Positions 11,982 to 23,515 of a stretch of 62,000 nucleotides of DNA are shown piece by piece (position 1 is the first letter of the stretch; each line of letters starts with the position of its first letter). The stretch covers positions 117,820,001 to 117,882,000 of the forward strand of contig OX597817.1 of assembly GCA_951406725.2 (NCBI GenBank). The letters are read 5' to 3'. Source of the stretch: Octopus vulgaris. Lineage: Eukaryota. A program made the position numbers and the translations under genes. The notes beneath the pieces are model-generated. The model was given only the letters and a program-made list of their open reading frames with translations, did no database searches and was not told the origin of the DNA.

Positions 11982-12137
11982 TAATGTTAATTTTTTTCAC
12001 CTATTCCATTAACCAAACAGAACAAATTTAGCTAATAACCGTATACAAATCCTATGCCCATTTTAACAGACTCGCACACAAACACAAACACACATGTTGT
12101 CGCACACGTACAAAGCTCTATATATGGGCATATCTGT

Positions 12138-12357
12138 TCTTTTACTCTTTTACTTGCTTCAGTCTTTTTACTTCGGCCGTACTGGAGTACCACCTTTAGT
12201 CCAGGAAATCGACCCCAGGACTTATTCTTTGTAAGCCTAGTACTTATTCTATCGGTCTCTTTTGCCGAACCGCTAAGTTACGGGGACGTAAACACACCAG
12301 CATCGGTTGTCAAGCGATGTTAGGTTTGGGGCAAACACAGACACACAAACATAAACA

Positions 12358-12405
<48 letters not shown>

Positions 12406-12561
12406 TATGACGGGCTTTTTTCAGTTTCCGTCTACCAAATCCACTCACAACGCTTTAATCGGCCCGATGCTATAGCAGAAGACACTTGCCCAAGTTGCCA
12501 CGTAGTGGGACTGATCCCGGAATCATGTGGTTCGTAAGCAAGCTACTTACAACAAAGCCAC
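12138..12561 (-). mobile_element. tRNA-derived SINE family 1, full length
   Basis: Same body as the neighbouring copy, same orientation, ~160 bp apart. Confidence 0.9.
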
Positions 12562-12588
12562 GTTGTTATATAATGTGTGTGTGTGTGT

Positions 12589-12630
<42 letters not shown>

Positions 12631-13652
12631 CTGTGTGTGTGTGTACTATTGCTATATCTAATGCGTTTCATATTACTTCCATTTCAGAGCTCCTATACAC
12701 CCAATCCTGAGATGCTTGTTCTTTAATTTTGTAGTGATTTATGAGATCTGCAATCTAAATAAGGATAACAAAATAGGTGTATCATATAGACTATATGTGT
12801 TTCGTAGCGACATCGGAAAAATTTTTCTACCATATTTTGTTATATTATATATTTGAAAGGGCGGATTGCAATATTTTTCAATAAATATTAACGCATTTCA
12901 ACAATGTAGTTATTAAATGTATGTTTATTAAGATATAATACAAATTATATTTATGCATACAATGTGATGTACAGAGTGCACATTCTAAAAGTACCAGGTA
13001 CAATTCTCAGAAATTCCTTATGTTCAAAGGTTATGCATTAGATAGTGCAGTCACAGATAGCATAACTCGAGTACTTCTGATAATGGATTTCCTTGATAAT
13101 AGTTCTTCTGAAGTTAAACAAGATTAGCAGCATATTACATAAGAATATTTGGTTGCACGTGAAAATATAAGTAACATCAGCTACATAGTTAATAAAAAAG
13201 AAAGTGATGTATAAGGTGATTATCATAACGGCAACACCAGCAGGAATGGATTTATTTACTCAAGGGACTTCAAAGGAGGAAAAGACAATGAGTAAAACTA
13301 TTACTTTCTCTATTTTCTTTAACAGTAAATAGTGCAGTAGTATTCGGTTTAAACAGTATATTACGTCGGAACCATTTTATATGATATATTTCAAACCGAA
13401 AAAAAATGTGATTCATTATAAATTTATCATATCAAATAGGATAATTAAATTTTATAAGATTATTATTCGCGTTTGTTTTATTTCTTAATCATATATTCTC
13501 AATTTCTAAGGCATCTAATCCGAAACTTTCTACAGTGAAACAAGAAATACGCTCACTACCAAACATATTATACCAGATTATATAGATATCTGTAGCAGAT
13601 GATATACACACACTCAAACACACCCGTACACACAGATACACACACATATATA

Positions 13653-13683
<31 letters not shown>

Positions 13684-13702
13684 GAGAGAGAGAGAGAGAT
13701 AT

Positions 13703-13740
<38 letters not shown>

Positions 13741-13954
13741 TAATTTTATTACATATATATATATCAAATTAATTTATTTGTTCATTAATACAGAAACTTG
13801 AGATTGGGTTTAACTGTACATATTTGTTGTTTTCATTCTCTTTGGAATTACTTTTTTCGTGGTCTGTGTTTGGCTGCCCTATCTAGCATGTAAGACGTCC
13901 TGTAAAGTGTCATCTCTTTTATGTATAAATGCTATACACATTTTAAATATGAAC

Positions 13955-13999
<45 letters not shown>

Positions 14000-14825
14000 C
14001 ACATATACACTCACACACACACACATATATATGGCGATCAAATCATCGCGATTCGAAACAGCCGTAAAACAACCTAGCTCTGTTAAAAATTAGAACACAG
14101 ATGCATTAGTTTTATCCCTTTTATATACATTGAAAATAGCTTGGCAATATTTTGCCTGACATTCTTCGTAGTTCTTGACTGACACTCACCAATAAAGTGA
14201 CTTCTTGCGTTATCTATCTATACATGAAACCAGTTAGCTAGTATAAATCATGTTACCAATGTAGTGGATACCTTAATTCACATATTTGTGGATTAACCAA
14301 ACGATATCAGCTTTACATGTCAATAAATTTAAGTAATACAAGACCTAGAAGCGGATGAAATGTGAAGAAGGACACAATATTTACATGTGTTTGACAGGTG
14401 TAGTATATGATGTGGAAATGTCTCTAGACGGAAATTTTCACGTCTTGTTCACTGCTCCTTTGAGAAACCTTACCTTGTGTTGTTCCCCAATAAATAGCAG
14501 AAGTAAATTATCAAGCTGTTAACTGTATCGCTAGCGTTAGTTATGAATGTGTTATAGAATAGCTACAATACTCTACAGTAATGGATGCAGAGTGAAACCA
14601 GCTGCGAATTTTCTGAATAGCTGTCAAGATACTCTGAAACGACCATCAGTAAAATTTAAAGGGATAAAAGTATTGTTATATTCCGTTTTTAATTCGCATT
14701 CCACACACCGCTAAACTTTGTAATATTTAAATACGCATACATATCATACGCATATGTATATATATATATTATATATGCTGTTTGCATGTATGTATGTATG
14801 AGTAAGTGTATATGTGTGTATTCAT

Positions 14826-15676
14826 GTGTGTGTTTGTATCAAAAAGTTCTTGGACTATTTATGTTCAATAAAAAAAAAATCATATATACCTGAGTTTAAC
14901 ATCATCTCCTTAGAAATATTCACGTCGGGAGCGTTCCTGCGTTTTGCTGTGGATCTTAACAACGGTGTTAAAACAGTGACCTTTGAGCTGCATTTTCATC
15001 TTGGGGATGAGATAGAGGTCCTCAAGTGCTAAAAATGGCGGCGAATAGGGCGGGTACAGAAGTGATACCATGTTGTTTAATGCGAGAAACTCACGAGTGA
15101 GAAGAGCATGGCGACAGGTGGCACTAGTCATCATAAAGAATCCTATTTTTTGCCATCCACAGTCCCGGTCACTTTTGCCGAATATCCCTTACACGCTTCA
15201 AAGTGTGACTGTAGAACTCTCGATGGACGGCCCAGCCCTGGAGGGCGAATACTCGATGCAAAGAACCACATTTACAGGGGTGATCAACGTGGCATATCTT
15301 CCAGACCGCTCATCGTCTTCCAGGGACACTCTTCATTTTTTGAAGCGCTCGTGCCTCTCGAAACTTTGCGTACAACCTACCGCTTCGTCGCCATACGCTT
15401 GCCTAAGCATACGCAATGTCTCTGTAGCTGATTTTACAAGTTTAACGCAAAATTTCACGTTGGATATTGGTCCCTGTCCATGACAAATTCGCAGACTTCA
15501 TCATACGCATAATCACAAAAACACAAACTTAGCAACTTGCGAAGTTAACACAGCAATATCACTCGGTACTCCGCCTAATAAAGGTCACTGCCGGCTCTCA
15601 CTGCGTACACAACATTGTGCTGCCATCTGTTGGCGCGCTACAGAATGAGTCCGGAATGTTTTAATACCATCTCGTA
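14826..15676 (-). mobile_element. Internally deleted mariner transposon relic
   Basis: Minus frame ATCRHALLTREFLALNNMVSLLYPPYSP...LIPKMKMQLKGHCFNTV resembles the HHDNA...HPPYSPDLAP...FLFPKMK mariner C-terminus. Degenerate TIRs gtatcaaaaagttcttggact / agtccggaatgttttaatac ending in TA. Confidence 0.85.
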
Positions 15677-16124
15677 GTTACATGCTGGAGAATGTTTTAA
15701 AAAATAAAGATTCAGTAAGAAACTATATTTGAGGCTTTGTTTTATATACTAATATTGAAAGCCTGTGCATATACTCAGTATATATCTTACGACAGCTTCA
15801 AATTAGTATTTGAATATTTTTCTCGTTTCAGTGATTTTTTGTTAAGACAGCACATGTCTTAATTATGAGCAGGATTCAGACTCCCTGTGCCATACAGTAT
15901 TGGATATATATGATACTTAGAATGGTAAAATATTGATTCCCACAGAAAATTGTGATAGTTTCATCAATAATTCACGACAAACTGTTATCATTGCAAAATC
16001 TCACCTCAAATGTATTTTCCGACGTATCGATGCTGATTCATAGTTTCATATGTAGGTGACTCTCCTTGTATGTGTTTGTGTGTGTATGTACTTATGTACT
16101 TATATATATATATATATATATATA

Positions 16125-16330
16125 AAGTTAATCCAAATAAGAAAGCACAAAACACACAACAACGCGAGGACGTGGAACAAATATAGTATTATTGGACGCT
16201 CAGGAAAGTAGGAAGGAAGGAGGGTTTAACGTTTCGAGTGGAGCTCTTCGTCGGAAACATAGGAAAAGGAAAGATCCAGAGAAGGGAAGACAAAGGAAAT
16301 AATCGCCAACGGTACACATGCGGTCACATT
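16125..16330 (-). mobile_element. Short non-coding HHR-bearing repeat (family A), better-preserved copy
   Basis: Colinear with 6190-6370, between two (TA)n tracts, contains the HHR at 16224-16258. Confidence 0.8.
16224..16258 (-). ncRNA. Minimal type-I hammerhead ribozyme, U4C core variant
   Basis: Minus strand GTTT-CCGACGA-A-GAG(ctcca)CTC-GAA-ACGT-T-AAAC: 4-bp stem I, 3-bp stem II, palindromic ACGT stem III, GUU triplet. Confidence 0.75.
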
Positions 16331-16332
16331 TA

Positions 16333-16409
<77 letters not shown>

Positions 16410-16622
16410 GAGAGAGAGAGATAGATAAATGTGACAGCGTGTGTACCGTGTGTACCGCGTGTGTACCGAAAGGGATTATATCACCAACTTCAAATGCGAG
16501 CCTAGCCTTTTTTTGGCTTTCCTAAAATCCATAAAAACAAATACATCACCGAAGCCTGCAAACTCTCTTCTGGCATCCACATCAACATCAAAACACCGGA
16601 GGACCTAAAACTAAGGCCCATC

Positions 16623-17762
16623 GTGGCTGGAACCTCCTGTGAAACACACCGCCTGACTAATTTCCTAGACATCCTTTTGCAACCTTTCCTTACCCACATC
16701 AAATGTTTCATTAGGGATGATCTGGACATGCTCAAACACCTCCCGAAAACAGTTAATGAGGAGGCGCTCCTGGTATCCTTTGATGTCATCAACCTCTACA
16801 CCAACATCCCACATGAATATGGTATTGAGGCAATTGATTTCTGGCTAGAAAAACACCCAGAGACATTCCCTGACCGCATTCACAAGACCTTTATTACGGA
16901 CTCACTCAAGTTCATTCTGACTAACAATTATTTCCTCTTCGACAACACACACTACCGTCAAAACTCTGGTATTGCGATGGGTACCAAGGCTGCACCAGTC
17001 CTTGCGAACCTCGTAATGGGTTTCTTCGAACTATCACTCTATGAGATATCACGCCAGAAATTTGGACATGTTTTCCACACCTACCTAATGGAAAACTGGA
17101 AAAGGTATTTGGATGATTGTTTCATCATATGGAAAGAACCTTATGAAAAACTTCTGGAATTCAACACCATACTGAACAACATACATCCCAACATCCAATT
17201 CACTATGGAATTAAGCAAACATCATCTTCCTTTCCTTGACCTCCTAATTATAAAAACACCTAAGAACCAAATCAAAACAGACATCTACCACAAACCTACA
17301 GACTCACACCAATACCTCCTCTTTAGTTCATGCCACCCAAAACACACCAAGACAAATATCCCTTTCAACTTAGCTAAAAGGGTATGCACCGTTGTCTCTG
17401 ATCCAAAAACTCAAGAAATACGCCTTCAAGACCTCAAAAAAAAAACACTATTACAACGCCAATATCCCTCCACCCTTATAGAACATGGAATAAAACGCGC
17501 CAAAGAACTAGACAACATTACACTGAAAACCACCCAAGCCAACACCACACACAACCCCAAAATACTTCCATACATTTCCACCCACAACCCTAAAAATATC
17601 GAAGCATACACCACAATCATACAAAACATCAGTCTACTGTCAACAGACCCAAAAATGAAAAACATTATAAATACACACAAAATCCTCAAATGTAAAAGGC
17701 AACACAAATCTTTAAAAAAACTCTTGACAAATGCCAAACTTCACACACCACACCACCCCTAG
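16623..17762 (+). pseudogene. PLE reverse transcriptase (379 aa open segment)
   Basis: LVSFDVINLYTNIP, YRQNSGIAMGTKAAPVLANLVM, WKRYLDDCF, IQFTME, LPFLDLLI, TDIYHKPTDSHQYL. A 1-nt deletion relative to copy 1 near 17755 breaks the frame before the EN. Confidence 0.95.
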
Positions 17763-18178
17763 CAGTTAAAAAATGTGCACGCCCAAACTGTGGCACCTGC
17801 CCCTTCCTACTTGAAGGCTCTGAATTTAACTTCAAATAAGGAACGAAGTTTAAAATCAAGACCAACTTCTCCTGTTCCTCCGAGAACCTTATCTACGTTC
17901 TCACATGAGCTGGTTGCCAACATAATTATGTTGGACAAACGAGCCTCCCGTTACGTAAACGAGTAGCGGTGCATAAAGAACAAATAAACCTCCCGGAATA
18001 CCGGCAAATCCCACTGAGTGACCACATAGACTCATGCGCTAAAGACAAAAATCCCAAATTCTACACATTCCCCTTCTACCAATGTAAAGACGGAATCACC
18101 ACACAGGAGAGAATTAAGAAGGAGAATCTCTTTATTGAAAAATTCAAAACGCATCTTAATATGCAAACTCCTCGTTGA
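17760..18178 (+). pseudogene. PLE GIY-YIG endonuclease, disrupted
   Basis: KKCARPNCGTCPFLL...NLIYVLT*AGCQHNYVGQT...VHKEQI...DHIDSC; stops at 17837-17839 (TAA) and 17906-17908 (TGA). Confidence 0.9.
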
Positions 18179-18857
18179 TCATACTTCTTCTTTTTTCTAC
18201 CACATTCTCCATGGATGGACTAACACAAATATATAAGGATACCATGCAGTCATCACCTCAAGCTAAAACTTATATTCTTTAAATATCATTATTATTACTG
18301 TTGTTATTATTATTATTTTTTATTATATATGACATAAGAATCTGAAATGTAATTATAAATTGGTTTATGCAAATTTATATAATTAGAAAACAATATGAAT
18401 AAAGTGTTAAAATCAGAATGTTAAGTTAACAAACAAATTATATAAAAAAGATAATGCAAATGAAGCTAAAATGATAATTTTATAATTTAAGTTTTATCAA
18501 CACCCTTTATTACAAAAAATTGATAAACACAAATTGAAGAGCTTAAAACCCATAGAGTTGTCTCCCCTTATTCACAACACAGGAACGGGACTACCACTAC
18601 TTCCTGTTTTGCCAGGCACTTAAGAGACACTCTTAATTAAATTAAACAACACATGGATTTAATCCCATTGGATCTCAATGCTTCAAGGTAATATTTTCGT
18701 GAACAATCATTAAACTCAAGATACACAAAGACCTTATAATGTATCGGAGTACCTAATTTTTAGTGTTTGTATATATTTATTTTTATTTCTCTGCAAAAAA
18801 CAATTTAATTTTCTTTTTTCCCCCTCCTCACATTTAAAAAAAAAATCTTTTCTTTAC

Positions 18858-18899
18858 AATTCTTGAAAAGTCACATTATGACGAAAACCGGTTTGAATT
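18858..18899 (+). ncRNA. Minimal type-I hammerhead ribozyme, U3-A8 variant, in PLE copy 2 3' UTR
   Basis: AATTC-TTGAAAA-GTCA(catta)TGAC-GAA-AACCGGTT-T-GAATT: 5-bp stem I, 4-bp stem II, palindromic stem III; predicted cut after 18894; sense to the RT ORF. Confidence 0.82.
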
Positions 18900-19053
18900 A
18901 ATATATATATATATTTTATAAAATTTTTCAAAAACGTTTCCATACACCCATTTTCATTAAAATTTTCTTTCAATTTAGCATTCTGCCTTTTTACAATTTT
19001 TCCTTGCTTATCATTTCTCCACGTGCGGTCAACACAACCCCATCATTTATTGA

Positions 19054-19126
<73 letters not shown>

Positions 19127-19128
19127 GA

Positions 19129-19163
<35 letters not shown>

Positions 19164-19265
19164 CATACATACATACATATATAAGTAATGTTCGTAGCCA
19201 CTTCATCGTGGTTTCATATATTACGAGCAGAGGCAAGCTACTGCCATCTCTAGCAGATGAGGCGT

Positions 19266-19314
19266 CTAGTACTGAAGAGAGACGAAATAGCCCCAAACCA
19301 GGCTGGTCTGCTAG
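19266..19314 (+). ncRNA. Hammerhead-like motif with canonical core and vestigial stem II
   Basis: CTAGTA-CTGAAGA-G(aga)C-GAA-ATAGCC(ccaaacca)GGCTG-g-T-C-TGCTAG: 6-bp stem I with one G.U, GUC triplet. Confidence 0.55.
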
Positions 19315-20130
19315 TCCTGTTGCTAAAAGGTAGTGGGAGTTCAGGAGTTATCCACTCTAGGTTCAGAAATTGCACTAAAATCTGTAGGAACGGGCAGCCA
19401 TGTTGAAGTGATTACGAACATTACTAGTTAGTACAACTACTGCGTTGATCTCTTATTGAGATTTTGGAACTAGCATTGTTGCCTTTGCACACACACACAC
19501 ATACAGGATGTGACGCACGGACAACAGTGGGAATCAAAGCAATAACACGTGTTCAATCGTAATATGTTATAGCAGACTCCACGTGAACGTGACTGTGCCC
19601 CCCTGTTGCCCGCATCGTGCCTGCTACCGATAGCACCCTGTGCACTGGAACGAAATCCCGTTTGCCGCCTTCTGGAAGCTTGCGAGTCACCGGAGTAGGA
19701 ACAACCATGCTCTAGGCCAGTGTACCACAAACAGGCATGCTGAGGCACACTGGTTTTCCACCAGACGATATTAGGTGTATTGCAGCGTAACATGAATATA
19801 ATTGTTTTCCCTATAGTTTTTGTTTTATTGTTACTTCGTGTATGCCGCAAGTGAAAAAAAGGTTTCAGAGCACTGCTCGTGGTGACCGTCGAACTCTAAG
19901 GGATCTCCGACCACTATGACGCTTGCTCTATGAAAGTTGCGAACAGGTCCAAACCGAACGTCTGATCGTTTTTGTTTTTCGTCATCGGGGAACAACTTTT
20001 CCCATTTAGATGATACAACACCAGTGCTGTTTTGAATGCGTTGTGTTTGTTCATCCAAAATAATCCCGCAGAGTTTCTCAAAAGCACGAGACCTTGTTTA
20101 TAAGAATCACTCCTACTACTACTACTAATG

Positions 20131-20165
<35 letters not shown>

Positions 20166-20294
20166 ACTACTACTACTACTACTAATAATAATAATAATAA
20201 TAATAATAACAACAACAACAACAATGATAATAACAACAACAACAATAACAGTAACAACTGTCAGAACAATAATAATAATATCAATAATAATAAA

Positions 20295-20895
20295 CGACTG
20301 CAGCATGAAATCTAATAAACCAGATGTTCTTGTGAAAGACCAAAATAATAAAATTTGTTTATTGACTGACAGGAGCGTACCTTGTGATCATAATATCTCG
20401 GTAAAAGAATTTGGTAAGCTTAGAAAAATACAAAGATTTGTTGATTGAAATCGAAGTAAATGTGGCATCTCAAGGCATTTAAAACACCAGTGATTGTAGG
20501 AGTATTTTGAATGAACAAAAAAGGAACTGAAAATTACTTGAGCATGATCCCTGGCATGCCGTCCATGCGAGAAATGCAAAAGATTGTCTTAACTGGTACA
20601 TCACTCGTATTGTGAAGAGCATTGGGGCTGTGAATTTTCTTTCCTTTTTTCCTTTCACTTTCTTAGTTTTTTCTTACTTTTTTAATTTGTTTTTTTTTTC
20701 TTGTATCTTTCTTATCTCTGTCTTTTTTCCATCACATGCCTTTGTAAATGGACCATCTGATGTCATTATTTTAATGTGCCCATTAATGTATACATTAAAA
20801 AGTATACAGTGAGTGTGCCAATGTATACAGTTTTTGCTCCCGGTGTCGGGAAGACACTCAGCAAGAAATGGAAACAAAACTGAAATAAGAAGATA
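20295..20895 (+). mobile_element. R4/Dong-type non-LTR retrotransposon 3' end (restriction-like endonuclease + 3' UTR)
   Basis: NKPDVLVKDQNNKICLLTDRSVPCDHNISVKEFGKL/KYKDL (RPD...D...K motif), PVIVG and terminal IVLTGTS. Begins inside an (AAT)n/(AAC)n array and ends in AAT/GAT-type repeats. Confidence 0.88.
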
Positions 20896-21579
20896 ATGGT
20901 AACAATTATAATAATAATGGTGACGCTGACGATGAAGATGATGACCAAGATGATGACAAGGACTATGATGACGTTAATGATGATGATGATGTCGATGATG
21001 ACGATGTCGATAATGATGATAACGATGATGGTGATGATAAAAATAAGTGATATTGGGGCAAATGAAATCAAGAAAATGTGGATTAAGCTTTTTGTGATAT
21101 GACAGAGTTAAGAATTTAATTAAAAATATGATAATCATAATCTAAATAGCATTTAGTCGTGTGACCCTCTCACCCACCCCATATTAAGGTTTGTCACGAC
21201 AATTGTTCTCCTGGGTATATTTTTGTTAAGTAGATAGTAAAACTTCAACGGCCTTAAATGCTCATTGCATGCATATCAGGAATTTTCTCTTAATCTATCC
21301 TCTTCAATAAATAATTCGTGTTTCTAGATTAATTTGTCATCAGGACGTAGCTTCATTAAAATATAATATGGTCATCAGCTCTCCGCTACTCAACTTTACG
21401 ACTGAATTTGTTCCATTTTGAAGTGTCTCAACTCATCTGAGTGTCGTTCTTTTATTTGATGTTTACGCCTTTCGCACAATCTGTTATATTTTGAAAGTTT
21501 TCTCGTTCACCTTCGTTTCCTCCCTTGTTTCACAAAATAATGGTGTAATGTTTCTTTTTAGTGGGGAGCACAAGTGTAC

Positions 21580-21986
21580 ACTCTTTACTCTTTACTCTTT
21601 ACTTGTTTCAGTCCTTTGACTGCGGCCAGGCTGGAGCGCCGCCTTTAGTCGAGCAAATCGACCCCGGGACTTATTCTTTGGAAGCCTAGTACTTATTCTA
21701 TCGGTCTCTTTTGCCGAACCGCTAAGTGAAGGGGACGCAAACACACCAGCATCGGTTGTCAAGCAATGCTAGAGGACAAACTCAGACAAACATGTACACA
21801 CACATGCATATATATATACATAGGACAGGCTCCTTTCAGTTTCCGTCTACCAAATCCACTCACAAGGCTTTGGTCGTCACGAGGCTATAGAAGAAAACAC
21901 TTGCCCAAGATGCCACGCAGTGGGACTGAACCCGGAACCATGTGGCTGGTTAGCAAGCTACATACTACACAGCCACTCCTGCGCCT
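21580..21986 (-). mobile_element. tRNA-derived SINE family 1, full length
   Basis: B-box-like GGTTCAGTCC on the minus strand; body matches the 11.5 and 12.1 kb copies. Confidence 0.9.
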
Positions 21987-22875
21987 ATTGTTGCTTTAAC
22001 ATGGACGCAACTTCCTCACCTTTTTTTCACAATTTACACACAGGTATACAGATATATGTACGTATGCATGTATATATGTGAGTATGCGCTTATGTGTGTG
22101 TGGGATGCATGTGTGTGCGTTCCTGTGTGCGTAAAGTTGACCAGAAAATACTCATAAACAGGAGGTTATCCTAGTAATTCCAATTCAGAAATAAGTGTAT
22201 TTGTTTTCTCCGTAAAATTTATAATCATATACTCTCGCTGAAAATTTCATATTTAAGAAACCTGTGATTAATTGTACCGCTCTACTATCTTGATCATAAA
22301 TGAAACCAAGGAAATAGACTCAGTCAATAGAGCGAATTAATAAGTAAAATAAGTGTAACTGCTTAACAATTTTGTGATGATAAATGCGTTAAAAACAATA
22401 CAAAACGAAATGGAATGCAAAATAATCAGTAGACCATTTATTAAGGACCAAAACAAACAAAAGCAAAACAAAATACGCACAGAACTTCGTAAAAACAACA
22501 GCACCTACGTCATTTATAAAGATACGTCAGAGAGAATGATTTTCGCAGCAAAATACTGCTTTCTATGATCAAACATTACCACAGACTTTTCAGTTTCTAT
22601 ATTTTTCCTCTCTTTAAACATCAAAATATAAATATAATCTTTATTTGGAATATAGTGTGACAAACTTTATACAACAATATGTCAGTAACTAAATTCAAAT
22701 CTAAAGATCATAGAAAATGTGTCAGACACTGTTGCCAACCATAATGGTTATTGATTTTTACGCTGACGACGAATAATTTCATTATTATTTATTTTATTTC
22801 TTCCTGCTCACAGGCCTATGATGTTCTGACGTTGTTTCCATGACATTTGTTCAGGTTATAACTTGTTAAATTACA

Positions 22876-22973
<98 letters not shown>

Positions 22974-23418
22974 TCATTTATATACATATATGTATGTATA
23001 TATATATATATACACATACATATATGTGTATATATATACATACAAAGATATGTATATATATATATATATATATATACAGACACATATATATATATATATG
23101 TATATATACGTATGTGCATATGTATATATGTTCAAATATATTACGCACTCAAAGGAATGAGGAGGAGCGTATTACACTTATTAATTAGTTACGATCGTTT
23201 GATAATTAGTGAAATTGTTACGTCAATTAACACAGTGATATATATACAAATAAAAATATTATGCAAATACTTACAATATTAAAGAAATAAATGAAAATTC
23301 CATCACTTCTTCAGACTGGACATTAGACTAATATCTGTATTATTTGATTAATGAAATATAATGAAATATAATGGAACATCACCCCACACACACACATACA
23401 CACACACATATCTATCTA

Positions 23419-23515
<97 letters not shown>

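Larger units (their letters stand above)
16470..19055 (+). mobile_element. 5'-truncated Penelope-like element (C-terminal GIY-YIG, Neptune-like), copy 2
   Basis: FGFPKIHK...LRPIV (16510-16625, frameshifted), full RT core, EN, ~880-nt 3' UTR with HHR, ending at ...catttattgatc followed by (TA)n. Confidence 0.97.

Noticed and set aside
14489-14635. Minus-strand segment bounded by AG and GTAAG-like sites
   Set aside because: All three frames contain stops; splice-like motifs are expected by chance in AT-rich DNA.
17906-17908. TGA at the first Cys of the GIY-YIG CxxC motif (possible selenocysteine, as known for some N-terminal-EN Naiad PLEs)
   Set aside because: The sister copy has TGC at this codon, this copy also has a TAA 69 nt upstream and frameshifts, and I found no convincing SECIS. 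A single C-to-A decay mutation is simpler.
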